DNA of 57,117 nucleotides from Candidatus Mesolinea sp. (lineage in GTDB: Bacteria; Chloroflexota; Anaerolineae; Anaerolineales; Anaerolineaceae), in assembly GCA_003445715.1 (NCBI GenBank), contig DMCS01000040.1:967-58083 (forward strand). Direction: 5' to 3'. Below, in pieces: positions 45,481-54,660 of this stretch (position 1 is its first letter; the number at the start of each line of letters is the position of its first letter). The notes beneath the pieces are model-generated. The model was given only the letters and a program-made list of their open reading frames with translations. It made no database searches and was not told where the DNA came from. The translations under genes were made by a program, and so were the position numbers.

Positions 45481-47070
45481 TTAGAGTGTAATGCGGGGTC
45501 CAGCAGCACGAACTTGCTGTGATACTGTGTTTTCATAATTCTTAAAGTTTTCAGCAAACCGTTGCGCTAAGTGCAGGGCTTCTTGTTGATAGGCAGTTTG
45601 ATCGCTCCAAGCTTTCTCTGGGTCGAGGACGTTTTGTGGAATACTTTCGACCTCATTCGGTATGGCGAGGTTGAACACAGGGTGGTTACGTGTTTCCACG
45701 TTGTTTAGCTGATCGGAGAGAACGGCGTTTATCATTGCACGAGTCAGCGGGAGTGCAATGCGCTTACCGACACCATAACCACCGCCAGACCAACCTGTAT
45801 TGAGCAGCCAAACGTGGGTTTCATGCTTTGCCAATTTATCAGCAAGGAGATTGGCGTAGATTGAGGGCTTGAGCGGCAAGAAAGGTGCTCCAAAACAAGC
45901 CGAGAAGGTGGCTTCGGGCTTATCGCCCAAGCCGCGCTCGGTGCCTGCCAACTTGGAAGTATAACCGCTCAGAAAGTAGTACATCGCTTGTTCGATGGTT
46001 AATTTTGCTAAGGGTGGAAGCACTCCAAAAGCATCGGCTGTCAGCAAGAAGATATGTTTCGGGTGAGCACCTTGACCAGAAGGCTCATAATTAGGGATAA
46101 AGTCGAGTGGATAAGAAGCGCGCGTGTTTTCGGTAATCGCGCTGCTATCGAAATCTGGTTGACGTTGGGCATCCAACGGGACATTCTCTAGCAAGCAACC
46201 GAAGCGGTTGATGGCAGACCAAACTAAAGGCTCAAGTTCTGGATTAATGCGAATAGTTTTTGCGTAACAGCCGCCTTCAAAGTTGAAAACGCCACGATCA
46301 TTCCAGCCGTGTTCATCATCTCCAATTAGCCTTCTTTGCGGATCGGAAGATAGGGTGGTTTTACCGGTGCCACTCAGCCCAAAGAACAAGGCGACGTCCC
46401 CTGCCGCACCCTTATTGGCAGAGCAATGCAGAGAAAGCACGCCGCGTTTCGGCATCACATAATTCATGAAGGTAAAGACGGATTTCTTGATTTCACCTGC
46501 ATAGCGTGTTGTGCCAATCAGCACGAGCTTTTCCTCAAAGTTCATGATAATAAAAGCTGGCGAGCGCACACCATCCATTTTAGGGTCAGCTGCAAAAGAA
46601 GTAGCCGCTATAACGGTCAAATCAGGATTGATTATGGGCTTGCCACCAGAAAGTGGGATAAACATATTGCTGGCAGTAAAGTTCTGCCAAGCAAGGTCGG
46701 AAATGATGCGAATCTTGAGCGTTTGGTCTGGATCAGCGCCCGCACGCATATCCCGAACATAAAGTTTCTGGCGTTGCAGATGCGCCATTACTTTAGTCTT
46801 GAGAGCTGAATATGTGTTGTAATCCATGGCTTGGGTCCCACTGGCATACCATAAGTCAGGATCATCGTTTGTAACCAAGTATTTGTCGTTAGGCGACCTG
46901 CCCGTATAAGGCGAGGTATTGACCGCAAAAGCACCTGCATGAGAAAACATGCCTTCCTGGTTGGCTAAGGCAGCTTCGACTAACTCCGCCCGGTTGAGAT
47001 TATAGAAAATAGCTTGAGGGTTTGAAATGCCTAATTTTGAAAGTTCTTGACCTAAGAGTTCGTGTTCCAC
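45481..47070 (-). CDS. pckA: Phosphoenolpyruvate carboxykinase (ATP)
   Basis: 529 aa. Kinase-1a GLSGTGKTT, GDDEHGW, FEGGCYAK motifs. Confidence 0.95.
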   Translation of the reverse strand: MEHELLGQELSKLGISNPQAIFYNLNRAELVEAALANQEGMFSHAGAFAVNTSPYTGRSPNDKYLVTNDDPDLWYASGTQAMDYNTYSALKTKVMAHLQRQKLYVRDMRAGADPDQTLKIRIISDLAWQNFTASNMFIPLSGGKPIINPDLTVIAATSFAADPKMDGVRSPAFIIMNFEEKLVLIGTTRYAGEIKKSVFTFMNYVMPKRGVLSLHCSANKGAAGDVALFFGLSGTGKTTLSSDPQRRLIGDDEHGWNDRGVFNFEGGCYAKTIRINPELEPLVWSAINRFGCLLENVPLDAQRQPDFDSSAITENTRASYPLDFIPNYEPSGQGAHPKHIFLLTADAFGVLPPLAKLTIEQAMYYFLSGYTSKLAGTERGLGDKPEATFSACFGAPFLPLKPSIYANLLADKLAKHETHVWLLNTGWSGGGYGVGKRIALPLTRAMINAVLSDQLNNVETRNHPVFNLAIPNEVESIPQNVLDPEKAWSDQTAYQQEALHLAQRFAENFKNYENTVSQQVRAAGPRITL

Positions 47071-47087
47071 TATTTCCTTCCTAAGTT

Positions 47088-49523
47088 TTATTCAGCATCG
47101 GGTGTGCTGTTAGATAGCAGCTGCATCGCGGGTTTGCCGTAAACAGACGAGGAAAAATCTTGCAGTTTGACAACCGGGAAAAAGCCACGCGAGCTAATGC
47201 CTTGCACCCAGCTTCGTTGGCTCAGCGCGCTTCCATAGACTTGATAAAAGTTAAACTGGGCATCTAAATCTATTGGATAGTCAACATAAGCTGATGCTCT
47301 GGGGCTGATGAGGCAGTCTGCGGGTGGACAACTAAAATCACCTAACGAAAGAGCAGGAGCATTCAATCCAGTGAAATATTGCTTATCAGTAAAATTCCTC
47401 TGGAAATCAACGACGAAGTTATTAAGGGTTATGTCTACGGTCTGGTGGTCATAGCCTCCATAAGCATCTGCGGGAGGCTGGAATTGTAAGTAAAATCCGC
47501 CGATCTGATCGAAAAAAACATATTCGGGAAGCTCTGACTCCCCGACAGGCAGTGCCCACAGCAGCAGTCCGGAGTAATACTGATTTACCTTTTGGAGCAG
47601 AGCACTCCAAAGCTGATCGGCGTTCTTAGGGGTGCCTTTATTGTTTATCGTTGTCTCAATGCCGCCTGGAAGGCTCGGGCTGACGTCCACGCCGCCAAGA
47701 ATAAGTTGGTCAACCTCATAATTAGCTGCAAATTGCGTATAGCTAATGATAAACTGTTCGCATTCTTGATACCATTGCTGCCACCACAGAGCGTCCCGTT
47801 GCGTGGATTGCCACCATTTAGCGGAATCCATAGAATAATCCAGACGTGGGTAAAGCCCAACGGTAAAACCGTAATCTTTGGCTATCTGGATCAAATCGGC
47901 TAAATCCATCAGCAGCATACTTCGCCCTAGGTTATTAGGGGAGAGCTGTGGAAGATTATTTGAGATCGTAACCCTCCACGTTGGAGAAAAAATGACCCAA
48001 TTAATACCTAATTGTTGGAGTTCCTTTAAGCTATCACGATAACGATTGAGGTCAGCGGGTTGATAATCAGTGGTAAATTCAACACCGATAAGATTCGTGT
48101 CATCGCCTAAAAATATAGTTTCAGTGTTGTTACTGATTTGCGGTTGCCAAGCATGCCAGCTTTCGACAGTATGCACACTTGTATTTACGTCTATCGTGCT
48201 TAATGGAACTGGAGCCGTGAAGCTGGCTTCATCATAGGCAAGGTCACATTGGGCATTTCGGCAAATGCGGTATTGTGTGTCTTGTCTTGCCTCAGGGCTT
48301 AAGAAAAGCAGGTACATCCATTGGTTATTACCCAGAGGCCACATAGGGATCGGTTGTTGCCATGTTCCCTGAAGGAATTGAATGAAAACAGAGTCTTCTG
48401 AAGGTGTCTCAGAGGGAACAGTGACTTTGATTGTTATTGGTTCCGCGCCTGCCACACCCCATGATTTAACCTCATCTTCTATGGTTACATCACGATTAGG
48501 AACAATGATACGCCTGGTAACCAACTTGCCATCCTTATCCCGTTCAGTGTTGAGGTAGCCATCACCGAGAGTGTATCGGTAAACCAATGCAGATCCTGCA
48601 TACATTTTGACCTGTAGTGAGTACTTGCCATCGTCTAAACGGCTAAGTATGGGCATTTGCGAAGCCAAGCTGCTCACACCATGAGATAGGTCAGCATATA
48701 CATTGCCCAGTTGGTAAAAGTTTCCAGCTAATCGCACCGGTGCACCGCTGGCTTCTTCTGGAACACTGACGATAAAGGTGACATTTACCTCAGGTAAAGG
48801 TGTCAGTGCGATTACTGCCGGCGTCGAAAGGTCCGCAATGATATTGGCTTCTTGTTGAAAAGGGAGAAAAGCACCATCAATAGAAAAAGCAGAGAGATGT
48901 TGAATCCCAACTGGGAGTTGGTCAAAATCAAAACGCCCAGTGGCATCCGTGATGGTCTGGTAACCAGCCATGGTGACGAATATATCAGCTAAAGGTTGTT
49001 TTGAGCTTTGATCAGAAATGATTCCGGTGAGTTTGCCGAGTTCACCTTTGTAAGGGAGCTCAGGCCAGCCAGCGATGATATCATTGATGGTAGTGTTATT
49101 TGCCACGGTCATTGTACGGTAGAGTACCGTAGTGCCATCTGCCGCAGCTTCAGGTTGGTTGATCGGAAAGGTACTCACATAACGATATTTAATAATTTCT
49201 CCATAGGGCAGTATCAGCGTCCCAGCATAATGGTTCTCTTCGATTTTAGTCAATTCGTAGCGGTTGATATTGCGGTTCAGCCCGCTGAGCTCATCCAGCA
49301 CCTCAATGGCAATCACGGTTTCATCAGAGTAACTGCGCCGCAGCTCCACATGGAATACCACCGGTACAAGCTCTGGTTCTTCGATGCGCGCAGGTAAGGC
49401 TAAGGGGGTTTCCTCTGGTTTTTCAGTTTTAGGAACGATAGAAAGAGCACATCCTGAAAGAACACCTAAAACGATTATGCTGCAAAAATAAGTGGAGAAC
49501 TGCCTAACCGTTTTCGGTTTCAT
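47088..49523 (-). CDS. Large secreted lipoprotein with carboxypeptidase-regulatory-like domain and possible glycan-binding / TIM-barrel-like regions
   Basis: 811 aa. Lipobox LSGC. CarboxypepD_reg-like segment (GIISD...PLADIFV...TDATGRFDFDQLPVG). The C-terminal half is Trp/Tyr-rich and loosely resembles glycoside-hydrolase barrels. Function not established. Confidence 0.5.
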   Translation of the reverse strand: MKPKTVRQFSTYFCSIIVLGVLSGCALSIVPKTEKPEETPLALPARIEEPELVPVVFHVELRRSYSDETVIAIEVLDELSGLNRNINRYELTKIEENHYAGTLILPYGEIIKYRYVSTFPINQPEAAADGTTVLYRTMTVANNTTINDIIAGWPELPYKGELGKLTGIISDQSSKQPLADIFVTMAGYQTITDATGRFDFDQLPVGIQHLSAFSIDGAFLPFQQEANIIADLSTPAVIALTPLPEVNVTFIVSVPEEASGAPVRLAGNFYQLGNVYADLSHGVSSLASQMPILSRLDDGKYSLQVKMYAGSALVYRYTLGDGYLNTERDKDGKLVTRRIIVPNRDVTIEDEVKSWGVAGAEPITIKVTVPSETPSEDSVFIQFLQGTWQQPIPMWPLGNNQWMYLLFLSPEARQDTQYRICRNAQCDLAYDEASFTAPVPLSTIDVNTSVHTVESWHAWQPQISNNTETIFLGDDTNLIGVEFTTDYQPADLNRYRDSLKELQQLGINWVIFSPTWRVTISNNLPQLSPNNLGRSMLLMDLADLIQIAKDYGFTVGLYPRLDYSMDSAKWWQSTQRDALWWQQWYQECEQFIISYTQFAANYEVDQLILGGVDVSPSLPGGIETTINNKGTPKNADQLWSALLQKVNQYYSGLLLWALPVGESELPEYVFFDQIGGFYLQFQPPADAYGGYDHQTVDITLNNFVVDFQRNFTDKQYFTGLNAPALSLGDFSCPPADCLISPRASAYVDYPIDLDAQFNFYQVYGSALSQRSWVQGISSRGFFPVVKLQDFSSSVYGKPAMQLLSNSTPDAE

Positions 49524-49532
49524 AAACCACCT

Positions 49533-49961
49533 TTATTGAGAAAGTGCTTGTTTTAATGCATCCAAATTGGCAGCCAGGCTACCTAAAACACCGTTGATAA
49601 AACGGGGTGAACTATCTGTGCCAAAAGTTTTGGCTAGCTCAACCGCTTCATTGATGCCCACCTTGAGGGGAGTTTTCGGGTAAACAGCTATCTCCCACAA
49701 GGCGATGCGTAAAATATTCCGATCGATAATTGCGACCTGATCCAGAGGCCACTCGGGTGCATGCTGCGCGATCAATCGATCCAAACGGTCTTTATTCTCG
49801 CTGACACCCAGTGCAATTTCTTGGGCGAAATCGTATTCCGCAGCTTCTAGCTCGTTTTCCTGTGCGCGTTCTTGAAGTACCGTACCCAAAGGGTGATTAG
49901 TCATATCCACCTCATATAGGGTTTGCAGTGCGGTAAAACGCGCTTTCGTGCGAGATTTCAT
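49533..49961 (-). CDS. nusB: Transcription antitermination factor NusB
   Basis: 142 aa. R..A.Q.LY......, [10 protein letters not shown]......F(I/V)NGVL pattern. Confidence 0.9.
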   Translation of the reverse strand: MKSRTKARFTALQTLYEVDMTNHPLGTVLQERAQENELEAAEYDFAQEIALGVSENKDRLDRLIAQHAPEWPLDQVAIIDRNILRIALWEIAVYPKTPLKVGINEAVELAKTFGTDSSPRFINGVLGSLAANLDALKQALSQ

Positions 49962-49967
49962 TGAAAA

Positions 49968-50303
49968 TCACGCTTCAAGATCAACATCCGTAACATGAAC
50001 ATTAACATATGCAACATCCATACCAACCATTTCGGAAATCGCTCTGGTAACGCGCTTCTGAATCGCTTCGGCAACTACACGCACGTTTTCTTCGCCATTA
50101 ATGACGACATAAACATCCACATATATGGTTGAGTCTTTGACGACAATTTTTACCCCTTCATCATCACGGTGTTCGGATTTGGCTACTGGGAAAAATACAG
50201 GCGTCATGCGGCTGACGCCTGGGGTCTCGAGTGTCGTCAGGCGCACAATGGTATTGAGGACAGATGGAGCAATCGTAGTTTTGCCAGAAGTTGTTTCTTC
50301 CAT
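49968..50303 (-). CDS. Asp23/Gls24-family envelope stress protein
   Basis: 111 aa. G.T.IA..V...I......E..GV pattern and V.V.V.DV at the C-terminus. The Asp23-nusB linkage is typical. Confidence 0.85.
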   Translation of the reverse strand: MEETTSGKTTIAPSVLNTIVRLTTLETPGVSRMTPVFFPVAKSEHRDDEGVKIVVKDSTIYVDVYVVINGEENVRVVAEAIQKRVTRAISEMVGMDVAYVNVHVTDVDLEA

Positions 50304-50324
50304 TTTTCTCCTTAATGCGTATTG

Positions 50325-50846
50325 TTATTCTTCCACAGCGGGTTCTGAGCCAGGAAGACGCCCAGTTAACCAAACGGTCATTAGCGAAATTTCATCAGGG
50401 CTGGCCTCAAGATTGCTTTTCTGTTTCAAGAGATCAGCAAGCTTAGTGAAGCTCAAATCCTCTGGCCAACCGACGAGAAATGCATTATCTGGATCGGGGT
50501 AGAGGGGTGTTTGCCCGTTTGTCTCGAAGCCAAATTCAGATAGGAGAGGTTCTATTTTTGCTTGTAAGTCCGTGTTGACTTCTGCCCAGGCAGAGAGGAT
50601 CGTTTTGACGAATCGGGATTCTTTCTCAAACGGTGCTTCCATTGCGCGCACGAGGAGAGCTTGTGGAGCAGCCAAGGGATTGCGAAAACCACTAATTTTC
50701 ACAAATTCCTTGATTGCTTGTGTAAGCTCTCGTTTTTTTTCTGGCGAAAATATATCCCAGTGATCAACTACGGTCGTGAAAATATCCCGTCGAAATTCTG
50801 GAAGTAAATAGACGTTCAGTGAAATCATGGGCAATAAACTATTCAT
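50325..50846 (-). CDS. Hypothetical protein
   Basis: 173-aa ORF, co-directional with the Asp23/nusB genes. No recognised motif. Confidence 0.5.
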   Translation of the reverse strand: MNSLLPMISLNVYLLPEFRRDIFTTVVDHWDIFSPEKKRELTQAIKEFVKISGFRNPLAAPQALLVRAMEAPFEKESRFVKTILSAWAEVNTDLQAKIEPLLSEFGFETNGQTPLYPDPDNAFLVGWPEDLSFTKLADLLKQKSNLEASPDEISLMTVWLTGRLPGSEPAVEE

Positions 50847-50925
50847 TTCGGCACCTCACCGTTGGAGATCCATTATGTACCCCCAACTGTCTGTTTTGAG
50901 AAGAATCATAAATATGAAATTGTAC

Positions 50926-51177
50926 CTAAAACTCATCACTCTCGTCTTCTTCTTCGTCTTCTTCCTCTTCTAACTCTTCCCACTCATCACTTTCATCTTC
51001 CGGGACTAGGATTTCCCATTCATCCAAATCCTCATCTTCCCAGTTTTCTGTTCCAGCTTCCTCGTCAGGAGTGTAAGTCTGGCAACCTGTATCCGGATTC
51101 AGTTCGATTGCAGCAGCGGTGCAATAGCCGTCGTCAAGGAACAGGCAATCTAAATAGTGACAGCGAATTTTTGGCAT
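50926..51177 (-). CDS. Small DUF1540-like Cys-motif protein with poly-acidic tail
   Basis: 83 aa. N-terminal IRCHYLDCLFLDDGYCTAAAIEL...GCQTY resembles DUF1540. The C-terminal 50 aa are almost entirely Asp/Glu/Trp. Confidence 0.5.
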   Translation of the reverse strand: MPKIRCHYLDCLFLDDGYCTAAAIELNPDTGCQTYTPDEEAGTENWEDEDLDEWEILVPEDESDEWEELEEEEDEEEDESDEF

Positions 51178-51262
51178 TCAAATTCTCCTTAAAATATAAG
51201 CTAAAATCTCGGCTGGCATTTTACCTTAGGTTAAGTCAGCCGTAAAGCACATTTGATGTATT

Positions 51263-53461
51263 TTATCCTGGTTTAACGCGAATTGCCTCAATAACATTAG
51301 GAATGTTTTCCAGCCTTGCAAGCAAGCGGCTCAATTGGCTGATGCCGCCTACCTCTATTTCCAAGTTGATGACAACGATATTCTGGCGGCTATTCATAGA
51401 AAGGTCTATCAAATGCACTGGTTCGCTGGAGATTACATTGGAAATATCCGACATCAACCCTTGGCGGTCATAAGCCTTGATTTGTAAAGGTATGGGGTAG
51501 GATTTTTCCTCCATACCCCAATCGACTTTTATCAGCCGCTCTTTGTCTTTGACGCGTAGGACGTTAGGGCAGTCAGAGCGATGAATGGTAACACCGCGAC
51601 CGCGTGTAATGTAACCAATAATTTCGTCGCCAGGCATCGGATTGCAGCAGCGTGCCATGCTTGTTGCTAAACCCTTGAGTCCCATCACCATGATTGTATC
51701 GCCGGGCCTAACCTTGGCTGGTGCCGTAGGCATGACCATAATCGTTTCAGGTTCAGGCGCACGTTGGGTTTCAGCTATGCGGTTTACCAAGCGGCCAATA
51801 GGAATATCTCCACAGCCAATCCCAACGTATAAATCATCCAAAGTTTTTACGTGGAATTCATCCACAAATTGATTCAGATCAATCTGTCCAATTCCGAGGC
51901 GTTTGAACTCTTTTTCGATGATCATCTTACCGTGGTCGAGGTTTTGCTCACGGTCCTGCTGCTTAAACCACTGCTTAATCTTGGAGCGGGTTCTGGCTGA
52001 CTTGACCAACCCCAGGTTCGGGTTTAGCCAGTCTCGGCTGGGACCCCCTCGATTGGCAGTTAAAATCTCGACTTGATCACCGGTTTTTAGCTGGTAGTCC
52101 AATGGAACCAACTTGCCATTGACTTTGGCACCGCGGCAGCGATGACCAACATTGGTGTGTACTGTATAAGCAAAATCAATTGGCGTGGCGCCATAAGGCA
52201 GCTCGACTACGTCTCCCTTGGGCGTGATGACATACACGCGATCTTGCAGCACGTCTAGGTGCTCTCTATCGGGGCTTTCAGAATCTTCCTCGATATCCAT
52301 GCTCCAAGAGAGCAAGCTGCGTAAGATGTTGACTTTTTGCTCATAATCATTAGAAATAGGCGTTTTATTTTCTTTGTAGCGCCAATGCGCAGCCACACCA
52401 TATTCAGCGTTATAGTGCATCTCCCATGTACGGATTTGGATTTCTAAGGGTTTTCCATCCTTGTATATGACCGTCGTGTGTAAGGATTGATAGTTATTTG
52501 GCTTTCTGGCAGCAATGTAATCGTCAAACTCGCCAGGGATGGGCTGAAACTGCATGTGGATTATCCCTAAAACTTTATAACAGGTTTCAACGTCATCGAC
52601 GATGATGCGCACAGCACGTAAGTCACGAATCGATTCGAAGGTTTCACCCTTCTGTAACATCTTGCGGTAAATCGAGTATATATGCTTGGGACGGCCGGTA
52701 ATTTTTGCTTTTACATCGGATTTGCGTAAGAGCTCATCCAAATCCCCAATGATTGCGTTAATTTCTTCTTCCCGTTTGGTTCGGCGGGAAGCAAGTTGCT
52801 CTGCAATTTTGCTATATTCGTCCGGATTGACGTAACGGAAAGCTAAGTCTTCCAGCTCCCATTTGATCTGCCAGATGCCCAATCGGTTTGCTAATGGGGC
52901 AAAGATATCGAGTGTTTCTTGTGCGATGCGCTTCTGCCTATCTGGAGGTAGGTCTTTCAGCGTGCGCATGTTATGCAAGCGGTCCGCAAGCTTGACGATT
53001 ACGACATGCACGTCTTCGCCAATTGCCAGAAGCATCTTGCGTAAGGTCTCAGCGGCATTATCTGCATTCCAGGCAGAGCTCGAACTCTCAGCCTCAGGGA
53101 GCGGCTGGCGTTCGGCTGGGTGTTGATCCGCACGGTTCAATTGGGGAAGGCTGGTAATCTTGGTGAGGTCTTCAACATATTTGGCTACTTGATCGCCAAA
53201 TTGAGCTCGAATTTCATCCAAGGTTACATTTGTGTCGATGAGAATATCGTGCAGTAAACCAGCAATTACTAAGTTCGGATGCACTTCCATATCCAGCAAG
53301 ATATTCGCCACGCCAACACAGTGAGAGACGTATGGTAAGCCTGAAGCGCGCGTTTGCCCAGCGTAAGCTTGTTCAGCGAGCAGGTAAGCTTTTTTTATCT
53401 GCTCGATGTCGCTTGCAGAATAATTAGCAGGAAATTTATGAAAAGCTTTTTCGAACTCCAT
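51263..53461 (-). CDS. rel: Bifunctional (p)ppGpp synthetase/hydrolase (RelA/SpoT homologue)
   Basis: 732 aa. HD hydrolase domain (HCVGVA..LHDILIDT), synthetase domain (RPKHIYSIYRKM, YQSLHTTV), and TGS and ACT-like C-terminal domains. Confidence 0.95.
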   Translation of the reverse strand: MEFEKAFHKFPANYSASDIEQIKKAYLLAEQAYAGQTRASGLPYVSHCVGVANILLDMEVHPNLVIAGLLHDILIDTNVTLDEIRAQFGDQVAKYVEDLTKITSLPQLNRADQHPAERQPLPEAESSSSAWNADNAAETLRKMLLAIGEDVHVVIVKLADRLHNMRTLKDLPPDRQKRIAQETLDIFAPLANRLGIWQIKWELEDLAFRYVNPDEYSKIAEQLASRRTKREEEINAIIGDLDELLRKSDVKAKITGRPKHIYSIYRKMLQKGETFESIRDLRAVRIIVDDVETCYKVLGIIHMQFQPIPGEFDDYIAARKPNNYQSLHTTVIYKDGKPLEIQIRTWEMHYNAEYGVAAHWRYKENKTPISNDYEQKVNILRSLLSWSMDIEEDSESPDREHLDVLQDRVYVITPKGDVVELPYGATPIDFAYTVHTNVGHRCRGAKVNGKLVPLDYQLKTGDQVEILTANRGGPSRDWLNPNLGLVKSARTRSKIKQWFKQQDREQNLDHGKMIIEKEFKRLGIGQIDLNQFVDEFHVKTLDDLYVGIGCGDIPIGRLVNRIAETQRAPEPETIMVMPTAPAKVRPGDTIMVMGLKGLATSMARCCNPMPGDEIIGYITRGRGVTIHRSDCPNVLRVKDKERLIKVDWGMEEKSYPIPLQIKAYDRQGLMSDISNVISSEPVHLIDLSMNSRQNIVVINLEIEVGGISQLSRLLARLENIPNVIEAIRVKPG

Positions 53462-53499
53462 GATTTACGGCAGCTATAGTATGCCACATTTTGCCTGTT

Positions 53500-54660
53500 T
53501 TATTTTAATCTTTCTTCGCTTGTAAATGCCCGCTGTAAATTTAAGCTTTCAAGGCAAGCTTGTTCTTGTGGATTCAGGCAGCCTTCGACCAAGTGTGTCA
53601 ACAAGCGCGCAATGCCTGGTCCTAACATGAAGCCTTGTCCACATAAGCCAGTCGCTAAAATGTACCCATCCACCGAATCAACGCTACCAAGGATTGGCAA
53701 GCCATCTGGAGTCATTGGATAGGTTCCGCGCCAGGAACGCCTTAGACGTAAGTTCATCAGCTTTGGCATAAGATCGATCAGACGCTGTGAGCCGGCTGTG
53801 AGGAAACCACTCGTGTTTTGGTTCAAAAACCCAAGAATGGGTGGATCGGGAGTAAGGCAAAAGATGATTTTGCCGGTAGGATGTTGATAAAAGTAAAAGT
53901 TATTTGAGCCAGGCATAGGACGCATATCGACAACCATGGCATCAAACAATGGCTGTGTGGGTTCAGTGATTGCGGCTTCATGCGCTTCGGGCTGCACTGG
54001 AAGAGGAACGCCCAACATTGCTGAAACTTCTCCTGCCCAAGAACCAGCAGCGTTAATAAAATATCTGCACGTGTAGCGCTCGCGATCAGTGATCACCCAT
54101 TGAATATGCCCATGCTCTACATTAACCTGACGAACTTTTTCATTGAAGTGAAAGTCTGCACCAAAATTTTTAGCATGCTCATAAAAAGCTGCAACTGTCT
54201 TGAGGGGAGAGGCTGAGCCGTCTTCAGGAGAAAATGTGCCCCCGCGCAAGCCTTCTGGCTGCAGGCCGGGGATAGGCTGTAGAATTTGGTCTGCACTAAG
54301 CCAATCGATATTCAACCCCAAGGATTTCTGCACAGCCAGCAAGCTTTTTAGGTTAGCTTCAACGTTCTCATCATAAGCGACAAAGCTATAGCCACCTGAG
54401 CGCCATTCGATATCGTCACCATAGGTTTCTTGCCATGTAGACAAAATATCAATGCTATCTGCGCATAGATATATCTTCGCGGGATCTGAATGCGTGGCAC
54501 GCACACCGCCGATGGCGTGCTTATTGGAAGCTTGGCCACAGCTGGGCAAAGTCTCAAGGACCAAGACACTCAAGCCTGCCTGAGCTAAATACATAGCCGT
54601 AGGGGTGCCAACCGAGCCGGCGCCAGCAATGATAACATCATAAACTTGTTCCTGGTTCAC
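53500..54660 (-). CDS. FAD-dependent oxidoreductase, sarcosine oxidase beta / L-proline dehydrogenase beta / HcnC-like
   Basis: 386 aa. N-terminal dinucleotide fold DVIIAGAGSVG and a DAO-family pattern throughout. 4-nt overlap with the upstream large subunit. Confidence 0.85.
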   Translation of the reverse strand: MNQEQVYDVIIAGAGSVGTPTAMYLAQAGLSVLVLETLPSCGQASNKHAIGGVRATHSDPAKIYLCADSIDILSTWQETYGDDIEWRSGGYSFVAYDENVEANLKSLLAVQKSLGLNIDWLSADQILQPIPGLQPEGLRGGTFSPEDGSASPLKTVAAFYEHAKNFGADFHFNEKVRQVNVEHGHIQWVITDRERYTCRYFINAAGSWAGEVSAMLGVPLPVQPEAHEAAITEPTQPLFDAMVVDMRPMPGSNNFYFYQHPTGKIIFCLTPDPPILGFLNQNTSGFLTAGSQRLIDLMPKLMNLRLRRSWRGTYPMTPDGLPILGSVDSVDGYILATGLCGQGFMLGPGIARLLTHLVEGCLNPQEQACLESLNLQRAFTSEERLK

